In this document: positions 26,537 through 40,394 of the stretch, in pieces
Numbering within the stretch: the stretch's first letter is position 1
Layout: each line of letters begins with the position of its first letter
NCBI GenBank assembly: GCA_002633005.1
Contig: NMRA01000060.1
Location: forward strand, 1,159,463-1,223,462
Direction of reading: 5' to 3'
Length of the DNA stretch: 64,000 nucleotides
Origin: Phoronis australis
Lineage: Eukaryota > Animalia > Phoronida
Program-made: the position numbers and the translations under genes
Notes under the pieces: model-generated
What the model was told of the DNA's origin: nothing
What the model saw: only the letters and a program-made list of their open reading frames with translations
Database searches by the model: none

Positions 26537-29500
26537 GTGAGTATTCACCTGTTGTGTACTGTACCTGCTCTCACCTGTGTTAACAAGGCTTGTCCAGGGG
26601 TCCGGGTCTTGGTGGACATCAGCCAAAGGCAGCTGGTTAAGGGGAATGTCTGGTCAGTGAGGTAGATGAAAGCTGGAAGCTGATTGAAATCGTAGTGAAT
26701 TTAATGCTCCATCAGCAGGAACAAGGTTTTAACTGAAAAATTCTCTTTAGTGTGCAGCTGAATTTTATGATAGTCTTTCTTTAATTTTGCCCAAAATATT
26801 TCCCAAAATTGCAGTCTTCCGTTTCTTGAAGGTTGATCACTTGTTGAAATGCTCAACACTTTACTCACGTTTATTTTAATAATAACTACACGGTGCAAAT
26901 AATATGCTATTGATGAGATAACAATTTCTTTTTTACTTATTTTTGTTAAGAAATTTACTTAAGAATGAAGTTCAGTTGTCCGCCATACCGTACTATGTTC
27001 TTTATACAAAAACGTTTACCGCTGGCTCTTATATTATATCATTTGTGCCCGAGTCTGGCTCCATCTGGTGGGTTGGTTAAACAAACAAGAGTACAGTACT
27101 ACCTTAAGCAAGTAAGAACACTCTACTTCCGCTTACATCATTAGTGTTGGCCTGGTCAACCATTTCAATGTTCATCAGATGGCGCTGTATCTGGTCAATG
27201 CTTTTTGAGTACTACAGCGGGATTCTCCCGAAACAGGCCCTGAAATTTTGCTTTTAATTTATTTTCCAATAGAGGCAGCAACGTCAAATTTTTCATACTG
27301 TCAATTTCATGTTTTGAGCTCATGCTGATGCTGAACATTTTTAAAGTTAGCGTTTTCAGTGGTTTTCCCTGATGCTCGTGTCATTTAGTCCAGTGAAACA
27401 CAAGGAGGCGTGAAATAATATAAGGATGTCCTGGTTAGCTGACAAGACTTTAGTCTAATTGAGACAAGGTCTTACAACTACGATTTAAACGGTGCGTGGT
27501 ATCTTCCGCACTCGTGTATAAAAGCAGGTTGACATTTCTTAAAAGTCGCTTTCTGCCATAACTTTCCAACAAGAAACACTCGCTGCTCTATGGGCAAAAT
27601 TGACCTAATGCCACAAAAAATGCTGATAGGCAGCATTAAAGAATGTTTTTGCAGGGCGGCCCGAAGTTATCATTTTTTTTTGCAACACAGTTGTGAATGT
27701 TTATGCAAAGTTTGTGGTATGTAGCTTAAGTAGAAACAAAAATATAAGCAAAGGTTTGGGGCATGTTTCAAGAGATTCACCCTGTACTATTCATTTGCAT
27801 GAGCTCAATTTCATACAAAACTTCTTAAAATCTAGCGTATCAATTGACGAAGCTTGCTTGGTGTGGGAGGGAGGACCGAGGCGAGTGCTGCTGTAACCAA
27901 TTATGTTCTTTGCATCCAGCCTAACCTTTCATTCCGTCTAACCCCACCACTTGCAAGCATGGATCGTGTGTTGTCTATGTCATCACTGCCCTTCAGTGTT
28001 TGATTGTACTACACACACTCAGCGTAATATAAGCTCAGTTCCATTCATTGACCTGATTACTTTCGCATTTCTACTTAACAGTATAGTTAGCCTGTTGTGT
28101 TTTCCTACAAATCGATGAATGCCTTCTTTTTGTTATCAATAATGAAAATTTAGGTTAGAAGTTTTCAAACATGTTTTGGTTGAAAACAATCCTCTAGTGT
28201 GCCGTAATCATCATCACTGAGATTTTTCCGTGGTCGCTGTTTGAAGCATGATGGCTGATTGTGTAGTGTTATTATTCATTGTGCAAATATCTTCACTGGG
28301 ATTGTTTCATGCGGTCGCGCATAAAGAATGTTTTGAAGTATTCCATCATTGATAACAAGCTCGGATACACGCAACGCGTCACTCAGCAAACCTATACTGG
28401 ATTCTGTTTCATGAAACGTGACAACTTAAAACAGAAATTTGATGGCACACCCCCTCTTCACAATTGGTCACTATAGGTTTAACCGTGTCATTATTAGCAT
28501 AGGAGTAATTTTTACAAGTTTTGGGTACATTCTCAGAGGCTTCATATTTTTGATGAAGTGAGGTTTAATTGTTTTTGATGATTAGTTGTGTGGAGCGTGC
28601 CAGCAAATTTGAGTCTTGAGTCACTGTTCATGAAACATGCAGCTACTAGTTGTTAATAGAATTGCTGTATTTAAGAGTTTCTTTGTGCTGTGTACAGAAT
28701 GTGACATTTATTGCCCTATTCAGTAAAGAGCTGTAATCAGATAAACCACCAATAAGAGCGCTTCTTCGCTTCTTCGCTAAATGTCCTCTTACCAGTTAGA
28801 CCTAATGCTCTGTTGATGAGCTGTATGTAATGAAATGATGACATGAAATTAAAGCTCACTACAAGCATTATGACTTGTGGGTGGCTAGTAGTTTGTAAAT
28901 GCATCAGACAACTTCTTCTTGGAGTGAGCAGATTGATACAATTTGGTTAGCAGTTGTTATGATTCTGTTACCCGTGATTTTTGATTGTTCTCAAGGTTTT
29001 TCAGTGTTATGTTTACTGTAGTTCTAGTAATAGGCCTATTTCCTATGAGTGCGGTGGGTGTTCCTCAATTTCTGAGTTCTTTCCGCGTAAGACACCAAAA
29101 TTGTGGTTGTCTTAAACATTGATTGTTTTTTAAACTTCTTGGTGGTCTTAACAATTTGAATTTCTGGTGGGTTGGACATCAGCTAACTCAAAGTTTCAAT
29201 GTCGGAAGTCAAAGGGGGTTTTATAGTCAAATATTTTTCAGGTTTAGTTTTTTACTTAAACCTGCGATAAACCCACATTGTTGTCATGGCAACAAGGCTT
29301 TGATGGAGGCCACTTAACGTTGAATTGTAGTTTCAACTTGTTCCGTGCACAAATAATGAAAAGTCTTTTCTGGGCTTGAGAAGAACAGTCTGTTCCGTGT
29401 TGCATGAAGTCGTGCTCGGTGTGCTCACATGACCCGCCATGACATGCCAGCTTGTCTGCTTCCAAGCAGTTGTGAACTGAGTATTCTTTCCAATCCCAGC

Positions 29501-30173
29501 CTCTAACTTGGGCAATGAGCACGTTGTAACTTCATGTAAGTGGTGTGAATCAAAAGTTTTTACTTATAGTGCACCCCGTTTGCACAATAATATTCTGTAT
29601 GGATCAAAGTGCCAATCGACCCGTTTTTCATCACAAAAACAGCTTGTGATGTGGACTACTTGCTGTTATGAAGTTGATCTCAAATTTTTCCTTATCCAAA
29701 CTGTAAATCACGGATTTGATTCCGCGAATTACGCTCTGTCTGCACACTCTAAGTTTTCATGTACTCTGTATACGGCACTGTAACAGTCTTTACTCACTCT
29801 GATTTATTTCTGGCTTTTCACCTGAAAGATCAGGAGTGTGTAGACAAATGGCTTTACTCATGCATTGTTTGCTGTCAACTGCTCATGCCTTCGTTATTAA
29901 GATTGGTCCCAATACTAAAGACGAAAAACCATAGAAGTCCTATTAGAAATAGTATCTCACGTAAAAGCGGAACATTTTAAACAGCAATCAGCAATTCCTA
30001 ACAGCGTTTTAGAGAACAGTACACAAAGCACAGTATCTGAAAGTTTCATATCAATCTGATTGGCCATTTCTAAAATACGATGTTCCGAACTTTGCCTTGT
30101 TTGGACACTTGTCAGAGTTCTAAGTAACTTTAACAACCATTTAAGTTCAATGTAGCCTGTCTTGCTGTTGCAG

Positions 30174-30337
30174 TCCCAGTGTTCGTCACAGGAGAAACTC
30201 CACCAGCTGCCTTTCCAGCCTACTGCCGAGGAACTCACTATGTTATCCAAGCACTTCAGCAGTGACGAGGGGAACTCCGCCCACGAAGATGACGGGCGTT
30301 TGTCACCAATGCTCCGCCCTCGCTCCAGGAGTCTCAG
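30174..30337 (+). CDS. MAST: MAST exon 6 ([17 protein letters not shown]...RPRSRSL)
   Basis: DUF1908 motif; tgcag| ... AG|GTTGGT, phase 0->2. Confidence 0.97.
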
Positions 30338-33300
30338 GTTGGTGCTTTCCGTGTGCTCACCTGTCAGTTTTTGTTTTAGAAATTTTTTGTTAGAAATCTG
30401 TTTAGTTCTAGATCAGAAATTATTTGTCAAAAGGTCAGTAAGTCAATAAAAATTTAGAAATAGAAGACAATTTTTTTGCAGAGTTTAGCGTCGTGTTTGT
30501 CTGGGTTACTTTCCACATTCCGCTTTTAACTTCTCAATTTCTTAAGAAATGATCCTCTATAAAGAGTTATGCCTTCAACAACACTCAGCATGCTACTCCA
30601 TTGCTATTCCAAAAGCTTTTGTTTTTTGTCGCTAAACGTTGAGCTCAGAAGCTTTGTGCCCTGGTCACTACTTCAACAGTGTTAACTCATGACACACTGA
30701 CTAAAAGGATCTTGGTACAAAAACAGCTTACTAGGGGGTGTCTTTACGGTCGGTGTTTTTTTATTCGTTTTGAAATTGACACACGATTTGGTGCACGTGT
30801 TGCATCGGGTCTTCAACAAGAATTGCGTAGGACTAGAACCACTGCTTTTGGCTATAAAGGATCAGGTCCTGGGGTCTTATCTTTTTACTTGAAGTTATTA
30901 TTGGTATTATCTATTCTACTTTTGTGCGAACTCAAGTTAAGTGTAGAGTGGGATGTCTATATTTAATACATTGGCTCCCCCTTTTGAGGCCCGAAATTTA
31001 ATATCTGGCTTATGTCATTTTATTAAGAATTAGTCATTTTAAATAATAAGCTTATCTATTATTCAATGCTTGAGTACATATTAAGTTCATGGTTTGCGTC
31101 AATAAGGTTATAGTCTTAGCTTGTACTGGATGACCCCAGCATTAAGGCTGAAAATTCGGGGATGAACTGTCAAGTTTTTATACAATCTTGTAGCACGAAT
31201 ATAAGGTTGGTCAAATGCAAACACAGACTAGAACGCATTATGCATAACCATTATGTAGTCGAGCACAGACTAATAGCCACTTATTTTGAATTTGCACTAA
31301 AGTAGACTAGACAATGGCAAAAGTAGTATTCAGTAAAAGGTTTACACCCCGACCCCTGATATGGATTAGACAACTAATTGTTAGTAAAATAGCCTGCCTT
31401 TTTTAGCCCCGATTTATTGTCCACTAACTGCACCTTGCCCTAAGTCCTGACTAATGGTGAATTTTTGTTTCTTCGCTGCAGTTTGTCCTGGCTTGCACTA
31501 GACTCCATGTAAGAGCGCATCAAGTTAAACCTTTTGTTTCCTAACCATGTTGTTGCTAACTAGTCCGTTGCTGTCACACATCTAGCTACAGTCCCACCCA
31601 GTAACACCTACTACATGCTATGCTACACTTATTTACATTTAGTAGTAGATTACAGTCTGTTCTTTCCGTTCTCGTCCCTCGTTATTAGGTCACCACGTCA
31701 TATTTTGATCATCTCGATTTGCACATTACTGGTTTCAAGTTTGTAGTAAGGCTTTCTGCCTTGTCCAGGGTTCAAGTTGGAATGTACAACTCCTTGCTAA
31801 CAATCCAACCACTCTTGTCCACTAGTCTCTTGAGATCACTGGTTGGTCTTCAGAGTCAATTGATTTCATGCCGTTGTTTTTTTTCGTCGCATTGCTATTT
31901 TACTTGGAACGAAGAAGTTTGATCATTGCCTGTAAAGCCCTTTTCTCTAGTCTTGTATCCACATTAGTTTGTCACAGACTCCTGTCATTTCGTTAGTGCA
32001 TGTGAGAAATCAATGTGTAGTATAATATTGCCTGTTAACTAGATACTTAAATCTGTGTCTATTCGCGGTGTTGACTGTGAGTCAGCAGTATTGGACCGTC
32101 GGAGCCTTCGTATCAGTCTTTTGTGTGTTATCAAGCATGTCTCATTTGCAAGTACATAGGGCTTTGATCTTCAATTCAACTGATAGAGAAAATTTTAGAC
32201 CTACGCTGTGCTAATTAGGTTAAGCTAAAATTGTAAGATTTACAAACTGAGATAACTTAATAACTTAATGGCTGTGAATCTTCGCATTGAATCGATCATT
32301 TGATCCACCCATTTATCATGTGTAAATTAAGAACGCTAACTCGGCATATTAAAAAAAAGCAAAAAAAGTTTGCTCCGCCCAAAAACATGAACCAAAACAA
32401 CGGTGCAGCGTGAGATTTGAAGAGAACCACAGTATCAAATTTTTATTTCCCATCAAAAAAAACCTGGAGTCTGTCGATATAACTGAGCTATGGTAATATC
32501 TCGCCTTAATGGACACAATACAGAGGACAAATGAATTTTTATGTTCTTGTTTACTCCGTATAAAATACGGAGCAGGTAAATGTTAATCTGCACGCACAGC
32601 CATGTTAGAAGCCCTTGACAAAAGGGGGCTATTTGAAATTAATTTTTTTCGACAGTGTTAGCCATTGTCAGTGTTAAAGCATTGTATGATCATGAACAAA
32701 ATGCATGTCCATGATGTCAAGCCTGTGTTCCAATGATGTTGCTGTCCCACCAGTGCTGCAACTTTCCTGTTTTGACAAATAGTGATGCGGGGGAAAGCGT
32801 AAATCCTGGACTTGAACTTCCATAGCAACTCCTCTCCAAATATGGTGGTTTAATTTGCAGTTGTGGAACTCTCCTAAAATTAGAGTGGTCAAATCCAGTC
32901 CAATATGAATAATTGCTATAGGGCACGACCTAGTGGAGCATTGAGAAATGTGACGAAGTTTCGATAGACTCAAAATTTCCCTAGTGGGAAAGCGACATAA
33001 ACGTCTCATCCCTTATTTGGTCTTCCATGTAGCCGTCACCTGTTTAATGTCATCCAATCCTAATAACATACTAAATCAATATCTGGTGGCATTAGTCTGC
33101 TTTGGTTGCACATTAAATCCGATCCCCTGTTTGTCTTTGCTCTCTGAAAAGTTTAAAGGAAATTTCTGCGTTCATTAATTGTTACATTGAGTGGCAGCTG
33201 ATTTTTATTTATACCTGTTTGTTCTTGTGAGAACCCAGCCTAATTGATGCTTTTGGATAGTCTTAGTGTACTGTGTCATATACGTATAAGGAAATAGGCC

Positions 33301-33460
33301 TGCAACATTTTGCAACTGCCAGAGTCTATTGCTGGGACTGAGCCCGAGCTGCTGTTGAACCATTGTTTGTGAAATGACCTGTAGCAATTGCTGCTCTTTG
33401 GTTTACCCATCTACGTCCATGACGCTTCGTTGAAATGTTTGAAGTACCATAATTCTTCAC

Positions 33461-33680
33461 TTATTTAGCACACAATATGTCTGACAAGTGAAGTTCCGTT
33501 TTCTCAAATTTCTCCACAAAAATAAAGATTAAGAAAATTAAGTCTTTCTCTAGCACTGTGTAGAGGTTATAAAACAACATTAACTTGACAAAGTTTCCAC
33601 AATTTGTTGGAAAGTAATCAACCTCTGAAAAAAGGAAAATGACAATTTTGACGATTATTTTTTGTGCAAAGTAAATGTTT
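33461..33680 (+). repeat. Dispersed repeat, inverted copy at ~54850-55070
   Basis: tcaaatttctccacaaaaataaagatt and flanks recur as the reverse complement downstream of the gene. Confidence 0.65.
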
Positions 33681-33994
33681 AAAATGAAATCTGATGAAAT
33701 CATTTTGTTGTCAATAAATTTGGGTGGTATGTTTTTGTTAGCAGTCATATTTTTTTCGTCAGCGGCCATGTTAGATTTTGTTCCGTCTCTCCTGTGTCTC
33801 CAGGTTTTCAAAACGTAATGTTTGTTTTAGCTCTCTTTAATTTGCTTATGTTTTTGCTCTAATTATTCTTTTAATCATTTGCAAGTAATTTAGGTTTTCT
33901 AGAGGGTGAAATCGATAACTTATTGTTAGCCAGTACCATCCATTTTGTCAGCCGCGCGCACAGTAGGGTGATCGCTGTGCTTTGTCTCTTGCAG

Positions 33995-34070
33995 TAGTCC
34001 TTCGAGATCTCCCGGAATGGAAGGGGAAACCCTACTCATGAATAGCGTCTACAGGGAAAGGTTCCCAAAG
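33995..34070 (+). CDS. MAST: MAST exon 7 (SSPSRSPGMEGETLLMNSVYRERFPK)
   Basis: MNxVYxERFPK motif; phase 2->0; NAGNAG acceptor. Confidence 0.96.
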
Positions 34071-34549
34071 GTATGAATGCGATGTCTATTCGATGGGATT
34101 CAGTCAAGATGGGAGATAGTGATGTGTGTCACTGCACAGGTGTTGTTGTAATTTTCTAGTTAGGTGAACGAGCATTAGTAGTACTGAAGCCACGGAACAC
34201 CAACCAGTAACACCGTCTAGTGGCGAGTCACTGAACTAGCTTAGTGTTAACTGACGGTCATGTGACTTTCAACTTCTTGAGTTCAGCAGTCAGTTTTCCC
34301 AGCGCCAGAAATTACTTTTAAACTATGCAAGGCAAGTTAAGCTTGGGCCAGTTTTATAATGCTTTAAGGCCTAATTCAAATGCTAGTTGCTTTAATATCA
34401 GAAATTGTTGAATAGAACTTAAATTACCTTTTCATCATACTCCAGACCATTGGTCTTAGTGCCGTTGTTTATGTCATGAAAGTACTGACGCAAAAATGCA
34501 GGAATGCACGTGTCTAAGAATTTAATAATTTATTAAATGCTTTTTGCAG

Positions 34550-34759
34550 GCTGTAACTCAGATGGAGGGCAAACTACTACAGTTCATCCAAGAGAACGGC
34601 GATTTTGAGGCGTGCGAAGTGACTGATGGGATAGCTAGATTTGTGCACCACCAGGTGGTGGAGTTTGCACGCGACTGCCTGGAGAAATCTCAAGAAAAAA
34701 TGATCTCAACGCTCTATTTCTACACTCTGTCGGAAAACCTGGAAAAACTGCTCGAAGAT
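34550..34759 (+). CDS. MAST: MAST exon 8 (DUF1908, AVTQME...HHQVVEFARDCLEKS)
   Basis: Conserved motif; tgcag| ... |GTGAGT, phase 0->0. Confidence 0.97.
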
Positions 34760-37700
34760 GTGAGTAGCTCTGGCTCCTTGCTGTGATTGTTCCGATTTAG
34801 GGGAAATGATTGATGAATCTTAGGTGTCGTTATCGTTGTGTATAGACAACCACATTTGGTTGTGGTTAACGCCTGTCATCAGTCCATATTAAGACTAGTC
34901 GAACGTCCTGAAGCTGAGTTAAATGCGACAGGATCTTTAAACCTTCTGGTCTCGACCCAAAAATATACGGTATAAACTTCGTTTCAGGACGCGATATTGT
35001 TCACAAGCGGAATATAATTAACCAAAAATTACTTTTCTGAAAATTTGTTTTGTTGTTAGCACAATTTTATGATACAGTTGATATCGAGCAGTAGTACCAA
35101 TTGCTGTTATAGATAAAATTAATTTTGTCGGCAGCTTACAGAGTCTAATGAAAGCCATTGATAAGCCTATGCAACCTAACTTGTTTTATGAAAATGAGCC
35201 TCATAACTTATCTCTGTTTATATTAACCTTCGTCAAAATAGCTAATTTTAGCTAGGTAGGTCAGGGGACTTTGGTAAAAATTTGCTAATTCAGACCAGAA
35301 ATAAACTTTAAAGTACAAAAGTGATGTTTTTCACAGACCTGTGTACCATACGCAAAAAATGCGGATTCGTACGGAAATCAAGCCTCCATTATGCAAGTAC
35401 GCACGGCCAGCCAAAAATACGCAAATTTAGCAAATTCAAAATAGATTATTAATTCGCTTGTTTCTCAATAAATACGCCGATTTGTAGTCTAAACGGAGGA
35501 GGAAGAAGATTTTAAAGTTAGAAATTAAAAAAATATTGTAAAATCATAATTTTAGCCAAAAGGTTGAACTACAAACTCGGAAAACTTGCTTCGTTTCATT
35601 CGCGAAATAGCCTGATAATCGGCGAATCGCGAGGCCTCTTCTACCGGTATGTGTGTCACAGGCCTAACCGATAAGCAACAACTTCTGTGATTTGTGGATT
35701 GCTTACTTCGTCTAATTCCGGCTATTTACTGCTAAATACGTATTGTTGACAAAATGGCAAAGCATGTGGTCGCATATTCCGTGCTGTGAAGAAAGTAGCT
35801 TCTGAAAGAAGGGAACATCTGTTTTTTTACCGCGTTATTCCAAAGAATGACGATGTCTTATTCAAGGGACCGTGGAATTTATACTGGAAGTTGTAAGGCG
35901 TGTTTTTTTTGCGGACATGGTGATCTGCACTGACTTCGTAGCATGTTGAGCTGACGATAATACTCAAGGTGCAGTTGAGCCTCGAGGTCTTTTCGCATGC
36001 AGTACGGTGGTACGTGTTCACAGACACTTGCAATGAATAATTGTTCAAAACTTTTGTGATTGGTTTAGAAAATATCATCTGGTGCGAAACATTGTCCAGT
36101 GCAGATTCAGCAACACATATTTGCAGATATGTTTTTGTGTTAAGAAATGAGGTGTATATACATGATTAATCATTAGGTTAATCATTAGCCTAATGATTAG
36201 ACATGTAAAGACAGCTAAGTTCAGTAAGGACATTTGATTAACAGGATCTTTTCACTTAGCGCGTTTTCCCTCAATTAAACGACTGAAATTATTCTGAAAA
36301 TTGGTGATCAAGTCACTGCGTGTATTTTAGAGGCAAGTAAGTAGGAAAACTGTCCTCGGGGGGAGGGGGGGTGTCATTTGAGAAACCAAAAGTTTGACTA
36401 ATCAATACAAAAGTCCACTAAAGAGGCAAGTATTTGGCGAAAGCTCTGAACGTTGAACAAACCCGTTGTTTTTTTCTTTTTTTAGTTAGTGAAAGGTCCA
36501 CTGTGAAAATTAAACCCCCCCATATTTTAGGGAAAATTTGGTCTGTACTCGAAAATCTGCAAATTTACTGAAAAATCTGCAAATCTGGTGTTCAGAGTAC
36601 TCCAATGTAGTTTATCTATCTTTTATCTATCTTTTATATGAAACTTAATGAAGAAAATTGAAATTCCCCTTGTCCACAGCACAGCGCCCTCAGTTGGTGA
36701 GATTTGACCATACTTGCAGTTTGTGGTCAGCTGCTTATGACCATCTGCACCAATCACTGGGATGTGTGCTGTCGATCTCTCAGAATTCCGTGTTGGATAG
36801 TTGGACAAAACTGCAGTTTGTGCCGTTACGATTTGTTTTGAATGATAACAATTCTGATTTCATCGATTTGGCCAGAGGTCTTGAGTGTGTTTGTGCGTGT
36901 GCATGTGTGCGTGCATGCGTGTGAGTGTATGTGTGTCGTTAATGTTCATTACAATCAATACTCTGCCATCAAAGATGTGAGACCCCATTTGTCATCAAGT
37001 CTCATCCATTCAGTTGTTAATTCCACTCTTACCTAGAGTGGCTTGTCCAAGGACTTGGCTAATGTTTAGGAAAGTGCTTAATCACACACAATGTGTTAGG
37101 TCGTTGGATAAACATCGGAGAAAAACTGATAAGTACATTTTATGCTTGATTTGGCTAGTTGCTTTGGCGAAAATTTCTGCCAGGGTATTGTTATTGCGCA
37201 TTCATTGAGGTTGAAAAAACAAGCTCACGGTTGTGCATTTGTCTTGTACATGCATTAAGTATTGATGATAGATGTTATGGTTAGCACACAATTTGTAAGT
37301 ATCTTCAACAGCTTAGTTTGCGTGGTCAACATTCTACATTGATAGGGTTTGCACTAGCTTCAAGAGTGTAATAAATTGTGAATTTGGTGAAAAATGTTTA
37401 AACCAGTTTTGATATAGAAAAGTAATTTTCGTCAAAAATCAAAAATGAGCAAAAGTCTTAGGAATTAAATACGGTCTACAAGACTTTAAAATGCACGTGA
37501 AAATGAATTGACATGCTCTGTGTTAGTTCTGGCTGTATGTCACGGCCATTCTTGGACAAGTTTAAGGTTTTTTAAGACCCTAGAAAAATGTCAAAATTTG
37601 GTCAACTCGTCATATCATGGATGGATGATGGGATTGCTATAAAAATTGCAGGTACTATGTTTTATGCACTGGTCTCCAAAAAACAATTGGGAATTGTTTT

Positions 37701-38692
37701 TTTTAAATTTTGCATACAAATCATGGGCTATCAAAATGTTGGATTTTTGTGATTTTCGCAAAAAAATTGCTGCATGAAGAGAAAACGAAATAGTTTTGAA
37801 AACTGTAACAGCTTTTTTGAGATTTCTCCTCAATTGTTTATTTATTGCTTTGATATCAATGTACCTTCTTGTTTTGGCAAATTTTACTAAAAGTACATGA
37901 TTGGTCACATGACCCAATTAATGGTAGGTTTATAAAAAGTAAAAATTCGAATTCAACAGACTTTCTTCGTTCCGAAAATGCATGCTGTTACGCTCCCGCG
38001 CTGTGGGATTTCACTGATGGGGAACTTGGGTTACAGACGTGTTGTTATCAGTTTGACATTGACAACAAGGGGAGAAAGTAGGCAAACCAATGTTTACATA
38101 GTCCAGCTCTCTTGGTGTCTGCCTTCATCTGATAAGCTCATGTAATCCAGCAATTACGTTATTAACAGTGCGCCCCCAATGCTAACCAGTTCTTAAAAAT
38201 ACTATTTCAAACAACGTTCTGCAAATGTCGTGAAGAAGATGTAAATACTATCACCAAAAAACTTCGAACGGAGAAAAACGGTTGACTTTCAGAGAAATTA
38301 GACTTAACTTTCAACTGCTGATTCCTTGGTGTGACTGTAAGCTCTGACCCACTTACTACCACGGCATTGTGTACCAACACAATAGACTTGTTTGTCAAGG
38401 TAATAGAATGTGATTCTAGATCAGATCGTAATGTTGGAAATTTCTTGGTTTTAGCAGTCCAGGGGAATGGTTCAAAATGCTCTTACTGTGATAAAATCTA
38501 TAGTTTAGTAGACATTTGACTAAGTACGCAGACTTGTCGATGAGGTTCTGCATGGCCTTAAATGTAGATGGAAACTGACTGTATATCATTATTGTTCTTG
38601 TGCTAGTTTTAAAGTAGTTTGGGTGTTAACAGTAAAAGAAATTTGTCTCCTGTCGCCGGTTCCGCTGCTCATGGTTGACTGGTTTGTTTCAG

Positions 38693-38791
38693 GCCAAACA
38701 GAGGTCGCCGGCAGCAGTGGGTCATATCACGGATCTCATAAAACAGCTACTCATCATTGTCTCCCGTCCAGCCCGCTTGTTGGAGTGCCTG
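38693..38791 (+). CDS. MAST: MAST exon 9 (AKQRSP...LLIIVSRPARLLECL)
   Basis: RPARLLECL motif; ttcag| ... |GTAGGA, phase 0->0. Confidence 0.97.
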
Positions 38792-39183
38792 GTAGGATAG
38801 TGTCACTTGGCTGTTGCCGGTGATTTGGAATTAGTTAATTATTTGCTTAAAGTAAAACCTTGTTTGTAACATCGCATGGTAATGTTCCCCACATGTACCA
38901 AGTCAGCTGTGTTGTACACACACAGGTTGGGTTGCAGGGTACTTTGAGGTTACAGTGAATGTTTTAGAAGAGTCCCCTGAGGGTTCGTTGTAACAGGTTA
39001 TGACTGTATCAACTAAGAAGCGTTTTCGATATTTCTCTACCACTCATTGACTAAGGCTGTGCACTTAGATGGCTGATAGAAATTTTGTCTAACAAACGGC
39101 GTTAAGGTGCCGCGTGGATGGCGTTCCGCTTTTTTACAATTAGTTTTACCCGAAGTGCAGCCCAATTCCTTTTAATTTTGCAG

Positions 39184-39313
39184 GAATTTGACCCTGAGGA
39201 GTTCTACCATTTACTGGAAGCAGCTGAAGGGCAGGCCAAGCAGATCATTAAGACTGACGATGTTCCACAATATATTATAACGCAACTGGGGCTGGACAAA
39301 GATCCCTTGCAAG
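39184..39313 (+). CDS. MAST: MAST exon 10 ([19 protein letters not shown]...DPLQ; DUF1908 end)
   Basis: Conserved motif; phase 0->1. Confidence 0.97.
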
Positions 39314-40237
39314 GTGGGCTAACTTCAAGTCTCCTGTTGTGTCATTTTGAAGCAGAAGTCAAATTGAAACTGAAATAGAACGATTTTTCAGTGGACGGTC
39401 AAATTGCAGAAACTATTGTTAAACTCCAGTTTGGAAAAACCTCTGTTATGACTCACGATTTTGTACTAACGTATTAAACAATTTTTTGAATCGAGATTGT
39501 AGCTCGTTTCTTCAGAGATACTGTGCTCAGTTGTGATTTAGATGGTTGGAGACATTTGACTTCCAGTACTTTTTACTGAAAAGCTTGGCAACTTAAGATT
39601 ACTAGCATAAACCATTGACAATGATTGTTTAATAGTTAAATTAAGTGATGTTTGCTGTAGATATGACTGTGTACCTTTGTTTAAAGCTCAAGACAAGTCA
39701 TTTGACTAAGGCATGAGAGCGATGAATTTAAAGGGTCTCGCTGTTAGGCAAACAAATATGCGTGACTAATTACTGAATGAGAAAGGCTCAACAACTTGAC
39801 AAAATGCAATGGGCCCTCAAATGTGTTATTGCATTATTCATCGTTTTTATTCATTGTGAATTTCACATTATAGGAAGATGTAATGTGGTAAACTTTCACC
39901 AATTTCAATTTCGGACAAAAATGATTGCCAAAATAGTCTCTTATTCATGTTTCGAGTGCTCCTTACATTGTTATGAATACTCTGAGTTTTGCTTAACATT
40001 GTCTGGTTGTAGCTATGGTATACAAGCTAAAATGTACGTTTTATGCTACTTGGGTTTTGCAAAAACTGAAGAAATAAAATTCCACTTGTCCAACACATTG
40101 TGTCCTAAATTGGTAAAATTTTACCATAAACGAATATCTCAGACTGTTTCCATATTCCAGTAAGCCAACTGTTGCATGTGTGGACGCGATACCAAAAGCA
40201 ATAGCACTGACAGATTTCTATCTTAATTTGCAATTAG

Positions 40238-40394
40238 AACTGAAAGCCACAAACAAAGACGGTGTATCCAGTGACCACGTAGATGCTAATGTGGCGCCAC
40301 CTAGCCCACCATCACCAAAGGGCACGTTCCATACCAAGCCCCCAACTGAGGAAGATTTTGAAACGGTCAAGCTCATTAGTAACGGAGCGTATGG
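40238..40394 (+). CDS. MAST: MAST exon 11 (linker + kinase start, DFETVKLISNGAYG)
   Basis: MAST-type Gly loop SNGAYG; phase 1->2. Confidence 0.93.
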
